Source: Planctomycetota bacterium
GTDB lineage: Bacteria > Planctomycetota > B15-G4
Length of the DNA stretch: 64,000 bases
Assembly (NCBI GenBank): GCA_038212275.1
Contig: JBBQUR010000008.1
Span: 1 to 64,000, forward strand
Direction: 5' to 3'
In this document: positions 21,758 through 32,978 of the stretch, one piece after another
How the letters are laid out: each line of letters opens with the position of its first letter
Numbering within the stretch: the stretch's first letter is position 1
The notes under the pieces: generated by a model
What the model saw: the letters and a program-made list of their open reading frames with translations, nothing else
Told to the model about the DNA's origin: nothing
Database searches by the model: none
Position numbers and translations under genes: made by a program

Positions 21758-23455
21758 TCACTTGACCAGAGGGCGGTAGCGCTGCGGGTCGGCGAAGAAG
21801 CGGCCGGGGCAGTCCTTGCAACAGAAGCCCACGACGCGCCCTTCGTCCACGATGAGAAATGCAGGATTCACCGGCTCCCCCGACACGGGACACATCGCGT
21901 TCACCGGCGTGAGCGCCGGCGTCGGGGCCGCCGCAGCGGCCTTCGCCACCGCGACAGGAGGCTCGACCTCGAGCGCAAGGCTCTCGCCATCGCTGTCTGC
22001 ATCGATGTCGAGGCCGGGGCGCGCCGCCGCGAGGCGCTGCAGCGCCGCGGCATCGAGGCCCGCGCCCCAGAGCCGCACGGAGCGCAGCGCCGGCAATGCC
22101 AGCAGCGCATCCACCGCAGTCGCATCGAGCGAGGTGCGCGCGAGCACCAGCTCCGCCAGCGCCGGATGGCCGGCCAGCGACGTCAGGCCCGCGGTCGTGA
22201 AGCGCGTGTCGCACAGGTCCAACCGCTGCAGGCGAGGCATGCGTGCGAACAGCGGCGCGAGCGCGTCCCCCACCTCGCAGCGCGCAAGCGACAGGTCGAC
22301 GAGCTGCTCGCGCACCGGCTCGAGCAGGGCCGTCGCGCCGGCATCCGTTGTCGCGCGACTTGCTGCCGCGAAATCCACCCACAGCAGCGGCGATCCCGCC
22401 GCCACCGACTGCACGTGCACGAGTGCGTCGCGCAAGGCCGCGAGCGCCGAGGCCGGGGCCGGCGTGGGAGCAGGCACCTCCGCCGGAGCGACATCGGTCG
22501 CGGCGGGCACTGCGTTCTCCGCACCCGCCGACGCGTGCAGCACCGGCAGGTCGAGGAAGGCGCCGAGTGCGGGCACATGCCCGGTGAACGGTGCGCCGGC
22601 GCCGATCCACGCGTCCACCGCGTCGATCTCGCGGGGCTCCGGCTGCGGCTTGCCTTCCGGCGGCATGTGATCGTCGTCGTCGAGCGGCAGTTGCATGCGC
22701 ACGAGCAGATGGCTTTCGACGGGCTGGCCTGCGACGAACACCGGCCCGTGCTTGCCTCCCGCCGCGATCCCTTGCGGCGTGTGCAGGTCCAGCCCGGCGC
22801 GCTGCCGGGTCGCGCCGTGGCAGTTCGCGCAGCGCGCGACGAAGATCGGCTCGATGACCGTCGCGAAGTCCGCGAGCGGCGCAGGCGGTGCGGCAGCAGA
22901 CGCCGTCGCGACGCCGGCCGGGTGCGCCTCGACGAGCGCACGTTCACCCGCGCGGGCATCGCCCGTCGCGTTGGCCGTCGCGCCGTCGGCGCCGTCCGCG
23001 TCGGCCGCGCTGAACAGCGCAGCGAGCGGCTTCGTCAGCCAGTTCTCGCCGTGCGTCAGCGAGGCGCCGAGATGTCCGGCCGGGATCAGGAGCGCCAGCG
23101 CAAGTCCGAGGAGCACGCGATAGGCGCGCGGCCACTTCGACGCGGTCGTCGCCACGAGCACCGCGGCGCAGGCGAAGGCGATCCCGGCGCGCTTGTGCCA
23201 GTAGAAGGTGTCGCCGCCGTCGGCTTCCTCCTCGCCGAGCGCAAGGCCGGTGGCGGCGGTCACGATGGCGAAGAGCGCGAGCAGCCACGCCAGGCAGACG
23301 CGCACGCGCGACAGGTCGTCGCGTCGGCGCAGCACCTCGAGCGCCGCGAGGCCGACCGCAAGCCCGATCGGCAGGTGCAGGACGAGCGGGTGCAGGCGGC
23401 CGGCAAGCACGAGCAGGCGCTGCAGCACGTCGGGCGTCGCGACGAGTCCGATCAC
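21758..23455 (-). CDS. DUF2231-like membrane domain + planctomycete cytochrome c + LRR + YHS-like domain
   Basis: [39 protein letters not shown] ([18 protein letters not shown]), CPVSG..GFCCKDC; GTGA overlap with DUF1501. Confidence 0.82.
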   Translation of the reverse strand: MIGLVATPDVLQRLLVLAGRLHPLVLHLPIGLAVGLAALEVLRRRDDLSRVRVCLAWLLALFAIVTAATGLALGEEEADGGDTFYWHKRAGIAFACAAVLVATTASKWPRAYRVLLGLALALLIPAGHLGASLTHGENWLTKPLAALFSAADADGADGATANATGDARAGERALVEAHPAGVATASAAAPPAPLADFATVIEPIFVARCANCHGATRQRAGLDLHTPQGIAAGGKHGPVFVAGQPVESHLLVRMQLPLDDDDHMPPEGKPQPEPREIDAVDAWIGAGAPFTGHVPALGAFLDLPVLHASAGAENAVPAATDVAPAEVPAPTPAPASALAALRDALVHVQSVAAGSPLLWVDFAAASRATTDAGATALLEPVREQLVDLSLARCEVGDALAPLFARMPRLQRLDLCDTRFTTAGLTSLAGHPALAELVLARTSLDATAVDALLALPALRSVRLWGAGLDAAALQRLAAARPGLDIDADSDGESLALEVEPPVAVAKAAAAAPTPALTPVNAMCPVSGEPVNPAFLIVDEGRVVGFCCKDCPGRFFADPQRYRPLVK

Positions 23456-25005
23456 GCGAGCAGCTCCCGCACGACGCGGCCCTCGACATCCGTGAGCCGG
23501 AAGTCGCGGCCCTGATGGCGCCACACGAGGCGTTCGTGGTCGAAGCCCAGCACGTGGAGCAGCGTCGCGTGCAGGTCGTGCACGGAGACGGGGTTCTCGA
23601 CGATGTTGTAGCCGTAGTCGTCGCTGCGGCCGTAGCTGATGCCGGGCTTGATGCCGCCGCCCGCCATCCACGAGGTGAAGCAGCGCGGGTGATGGTCGCG
23701 GCCGTAGTTCGTCGCGGAGAGCTCGCCCTGGCTGTACACCGTGCGCCCGAATTCACCTGACCAGGTGACGAGCGTGTCGTCGAGCAGGCCGCGCCGGCGC
23801 AGGTCGCGGATGAGCGCGGCCTGCGGCTGGTCCACCGCGGCGCACTGGCTGCGGATCTCGCCGGGGAGGTTGTTGTGCGCATCCCAGCCGCGCATGTAGA
23901 GCTGGATGAAGCGCACGCCGCGCTCCGCGAGTCGACGCGCGAGCAGGCAGTTGGCGGCGAAGCTGCCGGGCGTGCGCACGTCGGGGCCGTACATCGCCAG
24001 CGTCTCGTCGTCCTCGCCGGAGATATCCGTCAGCTCCGGCACGGACATCTGCATGCGGTAGGCCATCTCGGCCTGAGCGACGCGCGCGCGGATCTCCGGG
24101 TCCAGCGTCCGTGCGAACTCGGCCTCGTTGAGCTGCGCAGCGAGGTCCAGCGCCATGCGGCGATCGGCGCGCGACACGCCCGCCGGATCGGAGAGGAAGA
24201 GCACCGGGTCCTTGCCGGAACGCAGCTTGCAGCCCTGATGCTCGCTGGGCAGGAAGCCGTTGCCCCAGAAGCGCGCCGAGAGCGCCTGCATGTTGCCGGT
24301 GCCCTGCGTGATGAGCACCACGAAGGCCGGCAGGTTGGCGTTGGCGCTGCCCAGCCCGTACGACATCCACGACCCGAAGGAGGGCCGCCCCGGCTGCTGG
24401 CTGCCGGTCTGGAAGAAGGTGATGCCCGGCTCGTGGTTGATCGCGTCGGTGTGCATCGAGTGCACGTAACACAGCTCGCGCGACATCGCGCCGGTGTGCG
24501 GCAGCAGTTCGGACACCCACGCGCCCCCTTCCGCATTGGGATAGCGCGAGAAGCGGAAGATCGACGGCGCGACGGGAAAGCGCGTCTGCCCGGAGGTCAT
24601 GCCGGTGAGCCGCTGACCCTGGCGGATGGAGTCCGGCAGGTCCTCGTCGAAGCGCGCGCGCAGCCCCGGCTTGTAGTCGTAGAGGTCGAGGTGGCTCGGA
24701 GCGCCCTCCATGTGCATGGAGATGACGCGCCGCGCGCGCGGCGGAAAGTGTGGCCCCGGCGCGAGGAGCGCCGAGCAGGTCACGCCCGCGCCGGGCCCCG
24801 CCGTGCCGCCCGCACCCGCCCCGCCGACTCCGGGCGCTCCCGCCGACGCAGCGCTGTCGCTGCCGAGCATGGCGGCGTGCGCATTGCTGCCGCCGAGCAG
24901 CGAGTGCAACGCCGCCACGCCGAGCCCGGCGCCGACCGTCGCGGCCGCGCGTCCCAGAAAGCGCCGTCGCGTCAGCTCGAGGCCACGTTCCTCGGCGGGA
25001 TTCAT
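23452..25005 (-). CDS. DUF1501 domain Tat-exported protein
   Basis: [70 protein letters not shown]. Confidence 0.92.
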   Translation of the reverse strand: MNPAEERGLELTRRRFLGRAAATVGAGLGVAALHSLLGGSNAHAAMLGSDSAASAGAPGVGGAGAGGTAGPGAGVTCSALLAPGPHFPPRARRVISMHMEGAPSHLDLYDYKPGLRARFDEDLPDSIRQGQRLTGMTSGQTRFPVAPSIFRFSRYPNAEGGAWVSELLPHTGAMSRELCYVHSMHTDAINHEPGITFFQTGSQQPGRPSFGSWMSYGLGSANANLPAFVVLITQGTGNMQALSARFWGNGFLPSEHQGCKLRSGKDPVLFLSDPAGVSRADRRMALDLAAQLNEAEFARTLDPEIRARVAQAEMAYRMQMSVPELTDISGEDDETLAMYGPDVRTPGSFAANCLLARRLAERGVRFIQLYMRGWDAHNNLPGEIRSQCAAVDQPQAALIRDLRRRGLLDDTLVTWSGEFGRTVYSQGELSATNYGRDHHPRCFTSWMAGGGIKPGISYGRSDDYGYNIVENPVSVHDLHATLLHVLGFDHERLVWRHQGRDFRLTDVEGRVVRELLA

Positions 25006-25154
25006 CGGTGGTGTCTCCGGCCGGTCCTGCGGCTGCGTGAGGTCGCGTCGCGTGCGGCGTCGCGTGCGGCGTCGCGTGCAGCGTCGCGTGCAGCGTCGCG
25101 TGCGGCGGCTTGTGCGGCGGCTTGTGCGGCGGAAGCGTCGGTCGTCACGGTCAT
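25002..25154 (-). CDS. Putative 50-aa Ala/Arg-rich small ORF built on 12-bp repeats
   Basis: ATG overlaps the upstream stop (TGATG) and its TGA overlaps the DUF1501 ATG (ATGA). Confidence 0.3.
   Translation of the reverse strand: MTVTTDASAAQAAAQAAARDAARDAARDAARDAARDATSRSRRTGRRHHR
25045..25131. repeat. 12-bp tandem repeat GCGTCGCGTGC[GA] x5 plus GCGGCTTGTGCG x2
   Basis: Directly visible between the PSD1 and DUF1501 genes. Confidence 0.85.
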
Positions 25155-28100
25155 CAACTCCGGCACAGCGTGGCGTCGAGGCTCAGCATCGTGTTGGCCA
25201 GCAGCGTCCATGCGGCCAGTTCGGCGGGCGACACGCGCGCCGGCACGAGCTCCATCGGCACGGGCGATGCCCCCACGGCCAGCAGTGCGGCGGCGTCGGC
25301 GGGCGCGGCGGCGTAACGCTCGCGGCAGCCGGCCAGCGTGCCGGCCAGCGCCGCGGCCTCGGCCACATCCGGCGCACGACTCGTGCAGCGGCGGAACAAC
25401 TCCGACAGGCGGCTGTCGTCATCTCCCGGCGCGGCCAGCGTGCGCTGCGCCAGCACGCGCGCGGCCTCCACGAATTGCTCGTCGTTCCAGAGCACGAGCG
25501 CCTGCAGCGGCGTGTTCGTCGTCGCGCGACGCACGGTGCACGTCTCCCGCGTCGGCGCATCGAAGGTCATGAGCGACGGCGGCGGGCACGCGCGCTTCCA
25601 GTAGGTGTACAGGCTGCGGCGCCAGAGGTCGGAACCGGAGCCGCGCTCGTAGAGACGCGTGTTGCTCGCCGGCATCGCGACTTCCTGCCACAGCGTGTCG
25701 GGCTGGTAGGGCTTCACCGACGGCCCGCCGAGTTGCTCGACCAGCAGGCCGGAGACGTAGAGCGCCTCGTCGCGGATCTGCTCGCCGGTGAGGCGCCGCC
25801 GCGGAAAGACCGCCAGCAGCCGGTTGTCCGGGTCCAGCTCGCGCAGCTCGGGCCTCGACCGCGACTCCTGCCGATACGTGGCGCTCGTCACGATGAGCCG
25901 CAGCAGGGCGCGCTGGTCCCAGCCGTTCTCGCGCAGCTCCACGGCCAGCCAGTCCAGCAGCTCCGGGTGGCTGGGCGATTCCCCCTGCAGGCCGAAGTCC
26001 TCGCTGCTCGCGACGAGGCCGGTGCCGAAGATCAGCTCCCAGAGCCGGTTCACCGCGACGCGCGCAGTGAGCGGGTTGTCGGGCGCGAGCAACCATTGAG
26101 CGAGGCCGCGTCGATCGAGCGGCGCATCGGCCGGCCACGCGCCGAAGGCCGCGGGCACCGCGCGCGTGACGGGCCGTGCCGGGTCGGGGTGGTCGTACTG
26201 GCCGCGCTGCAGCAGGAAAGTGGGCCGCGGCATGGCGAGTTCGTGCATCACCATCGTCCGCGGGATCTCGCGCTCCAGCTCGGCCTGACGGCGCTGCACG
26301 TCGGCGAGATGCTCGCTGCGTTCGCGGAAGGTCGGCGAGAAGGCCACGCGCCACGCCTGGCGCAGGCGCGACTGCAGGGCGCCGGCTCGCAGCTCCGCAG
26401 GCAGCAGCGCCAGCGCGACGTCGCCGCTGAGCGTGCCGTCCTCGGGAAGCGTGCGCTCGTAGAAGCCCGCGTCGCCGCCGGTGTTCACGACCTTGGCCAC
26501 CAGCACGTTGAGTCCGGCGTGCAGGTTCAGCGTGACGCTGTCCTGGTCGGCCGCCAGCGAGCGGTCCAGCTTGCGCTCGAGCACGAGCGCGCCGTCGTGG
26601 TAGAGCTGCAGGCCGTCGTCGCTGCCGAGCGAGAGCGTCATGCTCCGCGCCGTCGGCGCGAAGACGCGCCGGCCGACGTAGGTCGCTCCGGTGCCGGTGG
26701 GCAGCTTCCCCAGCGTGGCCTCGCGAAGGTCCGGCGCGAAGGTCCAGTGCTGGTTGCCCGCGCCGAAGTTGCGGCCCGGGTCGATGCTCGCGTCGCTCTC
26801 GGGGCCGGCCGCCAGCGCGTAGGCCGCCGCCCCGTCGTCGGTCGGGAAGGGGCCGACGAGGTGAAACGCGCTGGCGACGGCGGGCAGCGCCGCCGCGCCG
26901 TCCTCGGAGAGCCGCCCCACGCCGAGCCGCACGCGGCCCAGCACGTGCCGTGCGTAGACGGATCGGTATTGCAGCGTGACGGTCAGCTCGCTGCCGCCCT
27001 CCGCGCCGAAGGCCTCGTCCGCGAGCAGCAGCGCCACCCGGCCGTCGCTGCGCCGGTGGGCATCCACCGCCCAGCCCGCGCCGGTCTTCGGCGCGTCGGG
27101 CGCGTCGGGCGCGCCGGGCGCCGGCAGTCCGGACGCAGGGCGCAACGACGCGAGCGCCGCGTTCAGCACGCCGAAGTCGCCGTCGGGCTGCTCGTGATCG
27201 GCCCAGGCCCAGCTGAATCGCAGCGGCCGGCTGTCGTCCGGATGCGCGAGGGAACGCACGGCCACCGTGAGACCCGTCAGGACCGCGTTGCCGTTGTCCG
27301 CGCGCCCGACGCGCCCGTCGACGAAACTGTCGTCGGTCAGCGCTTCCAGGCGCAGCAGGCGCAGGTCGCTGGCGTCGGTGCGCAGCACGATCACGTGCTC
27401 GTCGGTGTCGGGGTTGGCGCCGGAGGCGAGCACCGACCCGTCGGCCTGCACGGTCAGCGTCGCGCCCTCGCGGGAGCTCGCCGACACGGGCTGCAGCGGC
27501 GCCCAGGAGAGGCCGGTGCGCGCAGGCAGCTGTTCGAGGAAGTCGTCGAAACGCGCGTCGTCCGCGGGCGCCGGTTCGTCCAGCGCGGCACCCGCCGCGA
27601 CGAGCTGCACGGCCAGCTCCTGCTGCTCGGCCTGCTGGGCGGCGTCCGGCACGGCGAGGAAGGGCTCGAAGGCGCGCTTGTTGTCGACCTCCTGGCTGTA
27701 GAGGCCCGGCTCCTCGATCGAGTTGAAGAAGGCGTACAGGCCGTAGAAGTCCTGCTGCGTGAACGGATCGAACTTGTGGTCGTGGCAGCGCGCGCAGCCC
27801 CACGTGAGGCCCATGAACACGGAGCCCGTGGTGGCCGCGCGATCCACCGCGTATTCCACGAGGTATTCCTCGGCGATCGCGCCACCCTCGTCGGTGGTCA
27901 CGTGGTTGCGGTTGAAGCCGCTGGCCACCACGTCGGCCTGTGTCGCGCCGGGCAGCAGGTCTCCCGCGAGCTGCTCGGTGAGGAAGTCGTCGAAGGGCTT
28001 GTTCTCGCGGAACGCGGCGAGCACCCAGTCGCGCCAGGGCCAGATGGAGCGGCCCGCGTCGGTGTGGATGCCGCTCGTGTCGGCGTAGCGCGCGGCGTCG

Positions 28101-28891
28101 AGCCATGGCGAGGCCATGCGCTCGGCGTGGCGCGAGAGATACGGCTCCTGCGTGAGCAGCCGGTCGACGAGTTGCTCGGTGCGGTCGGCGCGCGCGTCGG
28201 CGAGATACGCGTCCAGTTCTTCCGGCGTCGGCGGCAGGCCGGTGAGGTCGAGAAAGAGGCGCCGGGCCAGCGTCGGGGCGTCGGCCTCCGGCGAGGGACG
28301 CAGCCCGTGCCCGGCCAGCGTGGCCAGCACGAAGCGATCGATCGCATTGCGCGGCCAGCCGGGCGCGGGCGCGGCGAGCGCGGGCACGGGCGGGCGCCGC
28401 GGCGGCACGAAGGCCCAGTGCGGTTCGTAGCGAGCGCCGTCCTCGATCCATGCCCGCAGCGTGGCCAGCTCGCCCGCGCTGAGCGGCGGCTTGCGGCTGT
28501 CGGGCGGCGGCATGAGCTGCTCCTCATCACCGCTGGTCACGCGCCGCCACACCTCGCTCTCGTCCGCGCTCCCCGCGACGATCGCCGCGACGCCGTCGCG
28601 CACGTCCTTGGCGCTCTGCTCCTCGTCGAGGCGCAGCGACGCCTGGCGCCGGGCGCCGTCCTGCCCGTGGCACTGCAGGCAATGCGACGCAAAGATCGGG
28701 CGCACGTCGCGCCCGTAGCTCACGGCTGCGGCGGACCGGGCTCCGCCCGGCGCTGCGTCGCCCGTATCGCCCGCGGTCCCTGCGGCGACCGGGGCCCCCA
28801 CCGGGCGGGCGGGCGGCTCGTCACGCACGGAGGCCGCCGCCGGCACGAGCGCGGCCGCGCCAAGCACCAGCAGACAGCGGGCGATCCTCAA
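25154..28891 (-). CDS. PSCyt1 + PSCyt2 (DUF1549) + PSD1 (DUF1553) planctomycete cytochrome c protein
   Basis: [75 protein letters not shown]. Confidence 0.93.
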   Translation of the reverse strand: MRIARCLLVLGAAALVPAAASVRDEPPARPVGAPVAAGTAGDTGDAAPGGARSAAAVSYGRDVRPIFASHCLQCHGQDGARRQASLRLDEEQSAKDVRDGVAAIVAGSADESEVWRRVTSGDEEQLMPPPDSRKPPLSAGELATLRAWIEDGARYEPHWAFVPPRRPPVPALAAPAPGWPRNAIDRFVLATLAGHGLRPSPEADAPTLARRLFLDLTGLPPTPEELDAYLADARADRTEQLVDRLLTQEPYLSRHAERMASPWLDAARYADTSGIHTDAGRSIWPWRDWVLAAFRENKPFDDFLTEQLAGDLLPGATQADVVASGFNRNHVTTDEGGAIAEEYLVEYAVDRAATTGSVFMGLTWGCARCHDHKFDPFTQQDFYGLYAFFNSIEEPGLYSQEVDNKRAFEPFLAVPDAAQQAEQQELAVQLVAAGAALDEPAPADDARFDDFLEQLPARTGLSWAPLQPVSASSREGATLTVQADGSVLASGANPDTDEHVIVLRTDASDLRLLRLEALTDDSFVDGRVGRADNGNAVLTGLTVAVRSLAHPDDSRPLRFSWAWADHEQPDGDFGVLNAALASLRPASGLPAPGAPDAPDAPKTGAGWAVDAHRRSDGRVALLLADEAFGAEGGSELTVTLQYRSVYARHVLGRVRLGVGRLSEDGAAALPAVASAFHLVGPFPTDDGAAAYALAAGPESDASIDPGRNFGAGNQHWTFAPDLREATLGKLPTGTGATYVGRRVFAPTARSMTLSLGSDDGLQLYHDGALVLERKLDRSLAADQDSVTLNLHAGLNVLVAKVVNTGGDAGFYERTLPEDGTLSGDVALALLPAELRAGALQSRLRQAWRVAFSPTFRERSEHLADVQRRQAELEREIPRTMVMHELAMPRPTFLLQRGQYDHPDPARPVTRAVPAAFGAWPADAPLDRRGLAQWLLAPDNPLTARVAVNRLWELIFGTGLVASSEDFGLQGESPSHPELLDWLAVELRENGWDQRALLRLIVTSATYRQESRSRPELRELDPDNRLLAVFPRRRLTGEQIRDEALYVSGLLVEQLGGPSVKPYQPDTLWQEVAMPASNTRLYERGSGSDLWRRSLYTYWKRACPPPSLMTFDAPTRETCTVRRATTNTPLQALVLWNDEQFVEAARVLAQRTLAAPGDDDSRLSELFRRCTSRAPDVAEAAALAGTLAGCRERYAAAPADAAALLAVGASPVPMELVPARVSPAELAAWTLLANTMLSLDATLCRS

Positions 28892-28981
28892 CTCGGCGCT
28901 CTCCGGGGCGGACGCGGCAACAGGGTTGCGCGATTCTAGCCACCAACTGCCGCGTGCAGGCCCCCGATTCGGCGTGCCGCG

Positions 28982-31825
28982 TCAGGCCGGGGCGCCGCCC
29001 GGGGACGCCTCGGGCACGTCGCCTCGCGCCGCGCCGCGCCACTCGGGCGGAATGCTGCGGATGTGGATGTCGCGCTGGGGGAAGGCGATCTCGATGCCCG
29101 CCTCCCGGAAGGCAGCATCGATCGCGAGGTTGATGCTGTGCCGCACCGCGCGGAAGGCCGTCGGCGACGCGACGAAGACGCGCAGCTCGAAGTTGAGCGA
29201 GCTGTCCCCGAAGGCCGTGAACAGGACCGACGTCGGCGGATCGTCCAGCACGAGGTCTTCGTCCTTCGCGATCTGCCACAGCAGCTTGCAGACCATCGCC
29301 GTGTCGCTGCCGTAGGCGACGCCGACGCTGATGACCACGCGCAGCACCGAGTCCGACAGCGTCCAGTTCACGACCTGCCCCGTGATGAACTCCTTGTTGG
29401 GCACGAGCAGTTCGCGCCGATCCCAGTCGGTGATCGTCGTGGCGCGCATGCGGATGCGCGCCACGTCACCCGTCACGCCGCCGACGGTGACCGTGTCGCC
29501 CACGCGGATGGGCCGCTCGAGCAGCAGGATGATGCCCGCCATGAAGTTGGCGAAGATCTCCTGCAGGCCGAAGCCGAGTCCGACCGTGACCGCCGCCGCC
29601 AGCCACTGGACGTCGCCCCAGGCCACGCCGAGCGCGCCGAAGACGGCGACGATCGAGAGCACGATCAGCACGTAGCGCGCGAGCGTCTTGGCCGCATAGC
29701 GTCCCGCCGCTCCGATGGGCAGTCGCCGCAGCACCGCCAGCTCGAGCAGGCTCGGCACGTTGCGCGCCGCGATGACACCCATGGCAGCAGCCAGCAGTGC
29801 GGCCAGCAGGTTCACCAGCGTCACCGCCTGCTTCACGGGGGCCATGCCCAGCTGCGGCTTGCCCGAGGCATCGAGCAGCGCTCGGCCGCCGGCGTCCAGC
29901 ATCGGCATCGGCTGCGCCCCGGCCGCCGCGTGCTCCCACAAGGTGACGCCGTTGAGCGCATCGAAGGCTGGCAGCACGTCCGCCCAGATGCGCCACGTGC
30001 CCAGCATGAGCGCCAGCGCGAGCACGGCGCGCAGCAGCTTGCGCGTCTGCGCATCGACGAGTTCGAGGTCCAGAGGCGCATCTTCGTCCTCGGAGACCGG
30101 CGGCGGAGCATCGGCCGACTCGCCCGCGGCGGCCGCCAGCGCCTCGGCACGCCGCGCCGCGCGCGCGGTGGCCAGCGCGAGCTGGCGTCGCGCCACCGTC
30201 ATCCAGCGCAGCAGCAGCGCATAGGCGACGGACAGCGTGACGGTCAGCCACAGCGTCGCCTGCAGCCGCGACTGCAGCACGAGCCCCGTGTAGAAGTAGC
30301 CGCTCAGCGCGAGCAGTGCGCAGACCAGCGGCAGCAGCATGATGAGCCCGCGCCACACGTGCCGCAGCCGCCAGCTCCAGCTGTCGCGCCGGATCGCGCC
30401 GACCGCCTGCATGATGCTGCCCGTCGGGCGCAGCACGCGCCGGCAGATGAGCGTCGTCGCGATCGCCGCGAGCACGAAGGTCAGGCGTCCAAGCGACTCC
30501 TCCCAGGCATCGTTGCGGTGATGACTCAGGACCGCGGTGACGAACATCGCCGGCAGCCAGATCAGCGTGAGCAGCCGCACCGTCCAGCGCAGCGAACGCG
30601 TGACACCGGGGGCCCAGTGAAAGTGCGCCTCGCCCAGCCCGCGCGGCCGGCAGAGCTTGTGCACGAAGGCGAGGCCGAACGCCGGCGTCACGAGGTGCCT
30701 CAGCGCGGCGCCGATGGACTGCTCGAAGTCGCCGCCCGTGGCGCACACCGACAGCCGCCAGGAGAACAACCACCAGACCACCGGCCAGGCCAGGGCGAGC
30801 ACCAGCGTGCACGCCAGTGCCTCCAGCGTGAGCGCGAAGGAATCCGTCGCGCTGCGCGAGACCAGCGTCGCCACGGACTCGAGGCGACGGCGCATCGGCC
30901 AGCGCAACCGCACCAGCAGCGCGATGAGCGCCAGGCAGCATGAGGCGACCAGCGGGCGATGGCGCGCATCGGCGACGAGGGCGGCCAGCAACCCGGACCA
31001 GTTGCGCGGATGGACAAGCCAGCGCAGCGCGTCCCAGCTGTCGGTCAGCACCTTGCGGGGCGACACGCCATCGAGCGGCGTCGCGCTGCGCAACCACATC
31101 ACGTGCGTCGTGATGAAGTTCCGGAAGGCCGCCGTCTCCTCCGCGACGCTGCTCTGGCGGGCCTCCACGTCGAGCAGCACTTCCAGGTACCGGCGCCCCA
31201 GGTCGCGCAGCTCGGTGAGCAGGCGCACGCGCTCGGCCAGCAGCAGGCGCAGCGCGTCGTCGAATGGCGCCCGCTGGGCTGCGGACACGCTCGAGGGCAG
31301 GAGCTCGAGCTGCTCCGCGGCGCGCGCCTCTGCGTCGTCGGCCGTCAGGGCCTGCTCGTCGTAGTCCAGCAGGCGCAGCTGCAGCTCGCCGAGCTGATCG
31401 CGCCGCCGGCGCAGGCCCTCCTGCAGGCTCTCGTCCGAGGGCAGCCCCGCACGCTCGCGCCAGAGCAGCAGGCCCACCGACTCGGTGGCGCCCGCCACCG
31501 CCACGCGCGCCTCCACCTTGGAGCGTTCCGCACGCAGCGCGGCAAGCTTCTGGTCCAGTGCGACGAGTTCGAGCTGCGCGGCCTTCAGTCCCGCGTCGAG
31601 ACCCGCCGAGCCGTCGAGCTGCTGCGCGAGCAGGTCGTTGGCGCCGCGGAAGCGCGCGAGCGCCGCCGCGGCCGCTTTGTCGACGACCTTGCCGGCGGCC
31701 TTGTCGACAGGCGGCGGAGCGGCCTGCACGACGGCGAGCAGCGGAGCAGGCTCCGAAGCGCGGACGGCCGGCGAGGCGACGAGCAGCGCCGCGCACAACC
31801 ACCAACACGCCCGGCCGCCTCTCAT
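28982..31825 (-). CDS. mscK: Large MscS-family mechanosensitive channel (MscK-like)
   Basis: Periplasmic coiled coil, multiple TMs, VGLGFGLQEIFANF, ERPIRVGDTV, IRMRATTI, VPNKEFIT, GIEIAFPQRD. Confidence 0.88.
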   Translation of the reverse strand: MRGGRACWWLCAALLVASPAVRASEPAPLLAVVQAAPPPVDKAAGKVVDKAAAAALARFRGANDLLAQQLDGSAGLDAGLKAAQLELVALDQKLAALRAERSKVEARVAVAGATESVGLLLWRERAGLPSDESLQEGLRRRRDQLGELQLRLLDYDEQALTADDAEARAAEQLELLPSSVSAAQRAPFDDALRLLLAERVRLLTELRDLGRRYLEVLLDVEARQSSVAEETAAFRNFITTHVMWLRSATPLDGVSPRKVLTDSWDALRWLVHPRNWSGLLAALVADARHRPLVASCCLALIALLVRLRWPMRRRLESVATLVSRSATDSFALTLEALACTLVLALAWPVVWWLFSWRLSVCATGGDFEQSIGAALRHLVTPAFGLAFVHKLCRPRGLGEAHFHWAPGVTRSLRWTVRLLTLIWLPAMFVTAVLSHHRNDAWEESLGRLTFVLAAIATTLICRRVLRPTGSIMQAVGAIRRDSWSWRLRHVWRGLIMLLPLVCALLALSGYFYTGLVLQSRLQATLWLTVTLSVAYALLLRWMTVARRQLALATARAARRAEALAAAAGESADAPPPVSEDEDAPLDLELVDAQTRKLLRAVLALALMLGTWRIWADVLPAFDALNGVTLWEHAAAGAQPMPMLDAGGRALLDASGKPQLGMAPVKQAVTLVNLLAALLAAAMGVIAARNVPSLLELAVLRRLPIGAAGRYAAKTLARYVLIVLSIVAVFGALGVAWGDVQWLAAAVTVGLGFGLQEIFANFMAGIILLLERPIRVGDTVTVGGVTGDVARIRMRATTITDWDRRELLVPNKEFITGQVVNWTLSDSVLRVVISVGVAYGSDTAMVCKLLWQIAKDEDLVLDDPPTSVLFTAFGDSSLNFELRVFVASPTAFRAVRHSINLAIDAAFREAGIEIAFPQRDIHIRSIPPEWRGAARGDVPEASPGGAPA

Positions 31826-32967
31826 GCCTGCTCCCTGTCCGTCCCGGGCCGAGGCGGAGGCACGAGCATCTCGCGTCCGAGCCAGCCGCGCCTGCGGAAG
31901 TAGAGCAGCAGCGCGACCGCCGTGGCCAGCATCACCAGCATCACCGCCGGATACCCGTACTCCCAGCCCAGTTCGGGCATGTTCCAGCGCGACACATGCG
32001 TGTCGAAGTTCATGCCGTAGATGCTCGAGATGAAGGTCAGCGGAATGAAGATCGTGGCGATGATGGTGAGCACCTTCATGATCTCGTTCATGCGGTTGCT
32101 GACCACGGAGAGGTAGACCTCCATGAGGCCGGCGCCGATGTCGCGGTAGTTCTCGACGAGGTCGATGAGTTCGACGACGTGGTCGTAACAGTCGCGCAGG
32201 TAGATGCGCGTCTCGGCGGTCACGAAGGTGTCGGTGTCGCGCCCCAGCGCAGCGACGACCTCGCGCAGCGGCCACAGCGAGCGGCGCACGGTGAGCAGGT
32301 CGCGCCGGATGGTGTGGATGGCGGTGACCGTGTCGGGACGCGAGTGCTGCAGGATCTCGTCCTCCAGCGCATCGAGGCGGTCGCTGCAGGACTCGGCCAC
32401 CGGATAGAAGGCATCCACGAGGGCATCGAGCAGCGTGTACACGAGGTAGTCTGGGCCCGCGCCGCGGATGCGGCCCTTGCCCTCGTGCAGCCGCCTGCGG
32501 ATGGGATCGAAGCAGTCGCCCTCGCGCTCCTGGAAGCTCAGCACGAAGTCGGGCCCGAAGAAGACCGAGAGCTGCTCCGTGCAGAAGGCTCCGTCGCGCA
32601 GGTCGGGCATGCGTGCCACGAGGAAGGCGTGGTCCGCATACCGCTCCAGCTTCGGACGCTGATGCACGTTGATCACGTCCTCGAGCGCCAGCTTGTGCAG
32701 GCCGAAGAGCGTGCCCAGCGCCTCGAGCACGGCCGCATCACCCAGGCCGTTCACGTCGACCCACAGCACCGGCCACTTGCCGCGCAAGGCGCGCAGTTCC
32801 TCGGGGCGCGTGACGGCCTGTTCGTGCACGGTGTCGGGGCCGTAGGCGATCACGTGGATCACCGGCTTCGGCGCGTTCGGGTCGGCGACGACGAGGCCGG
32901 GCGACGCACCGATCGTCACGCGCCGGCGCTTGCGCTCGCGGCGCGGCTTGTTGCGATGTGCGGCCAT
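31822..32967 (-). CDS. corA: Magnesium/cobalt transporter CorA
   Basis: LALEDV...QRPKLE, NEIMKVLT, YGMNF, NMPEL. Confidence 0.95.
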   Translation of the reverse strand: MAAHRNKPRRERKRRRVTIGASPGLVVADPNAPKPVIHVIAYGPDTVHEQAVTRPEELRALRGKWPVLWVDVNGLGDAAVLEALGTLFGLHKLALEDVINVHQRPKLERYADHAFLVARMPDLRDGAFCTEQLSVFFGPDFVLSFQEREGDCFDPIRRRLHEGKGRIRGAGPDYLVYTLLDALVDAFYPVAESCSDRLDALEDEILQHSRPDTVTAIHTIRRDLLTVRRSLWPLREVVAALGRDTDTFVTAETRIYLRDCYDHVVELIDLVENYRDIGAGLMEVYLSVVSNRMNEIMKVLTIIATIFIPLTFISSIYGMNFDTHVSRWNMPELGWEYGYPAVMLVMLATAVALLLYFRRRGWLGREMLVPPPRPGTDREQA

Positions 32968-32978
32968 GGCAGCTCCTC

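Noticed and set aside
24710..28939. 1409-aa plus-strand ORF
   Set aside because: Antisense shadow of the PSD1 gene.
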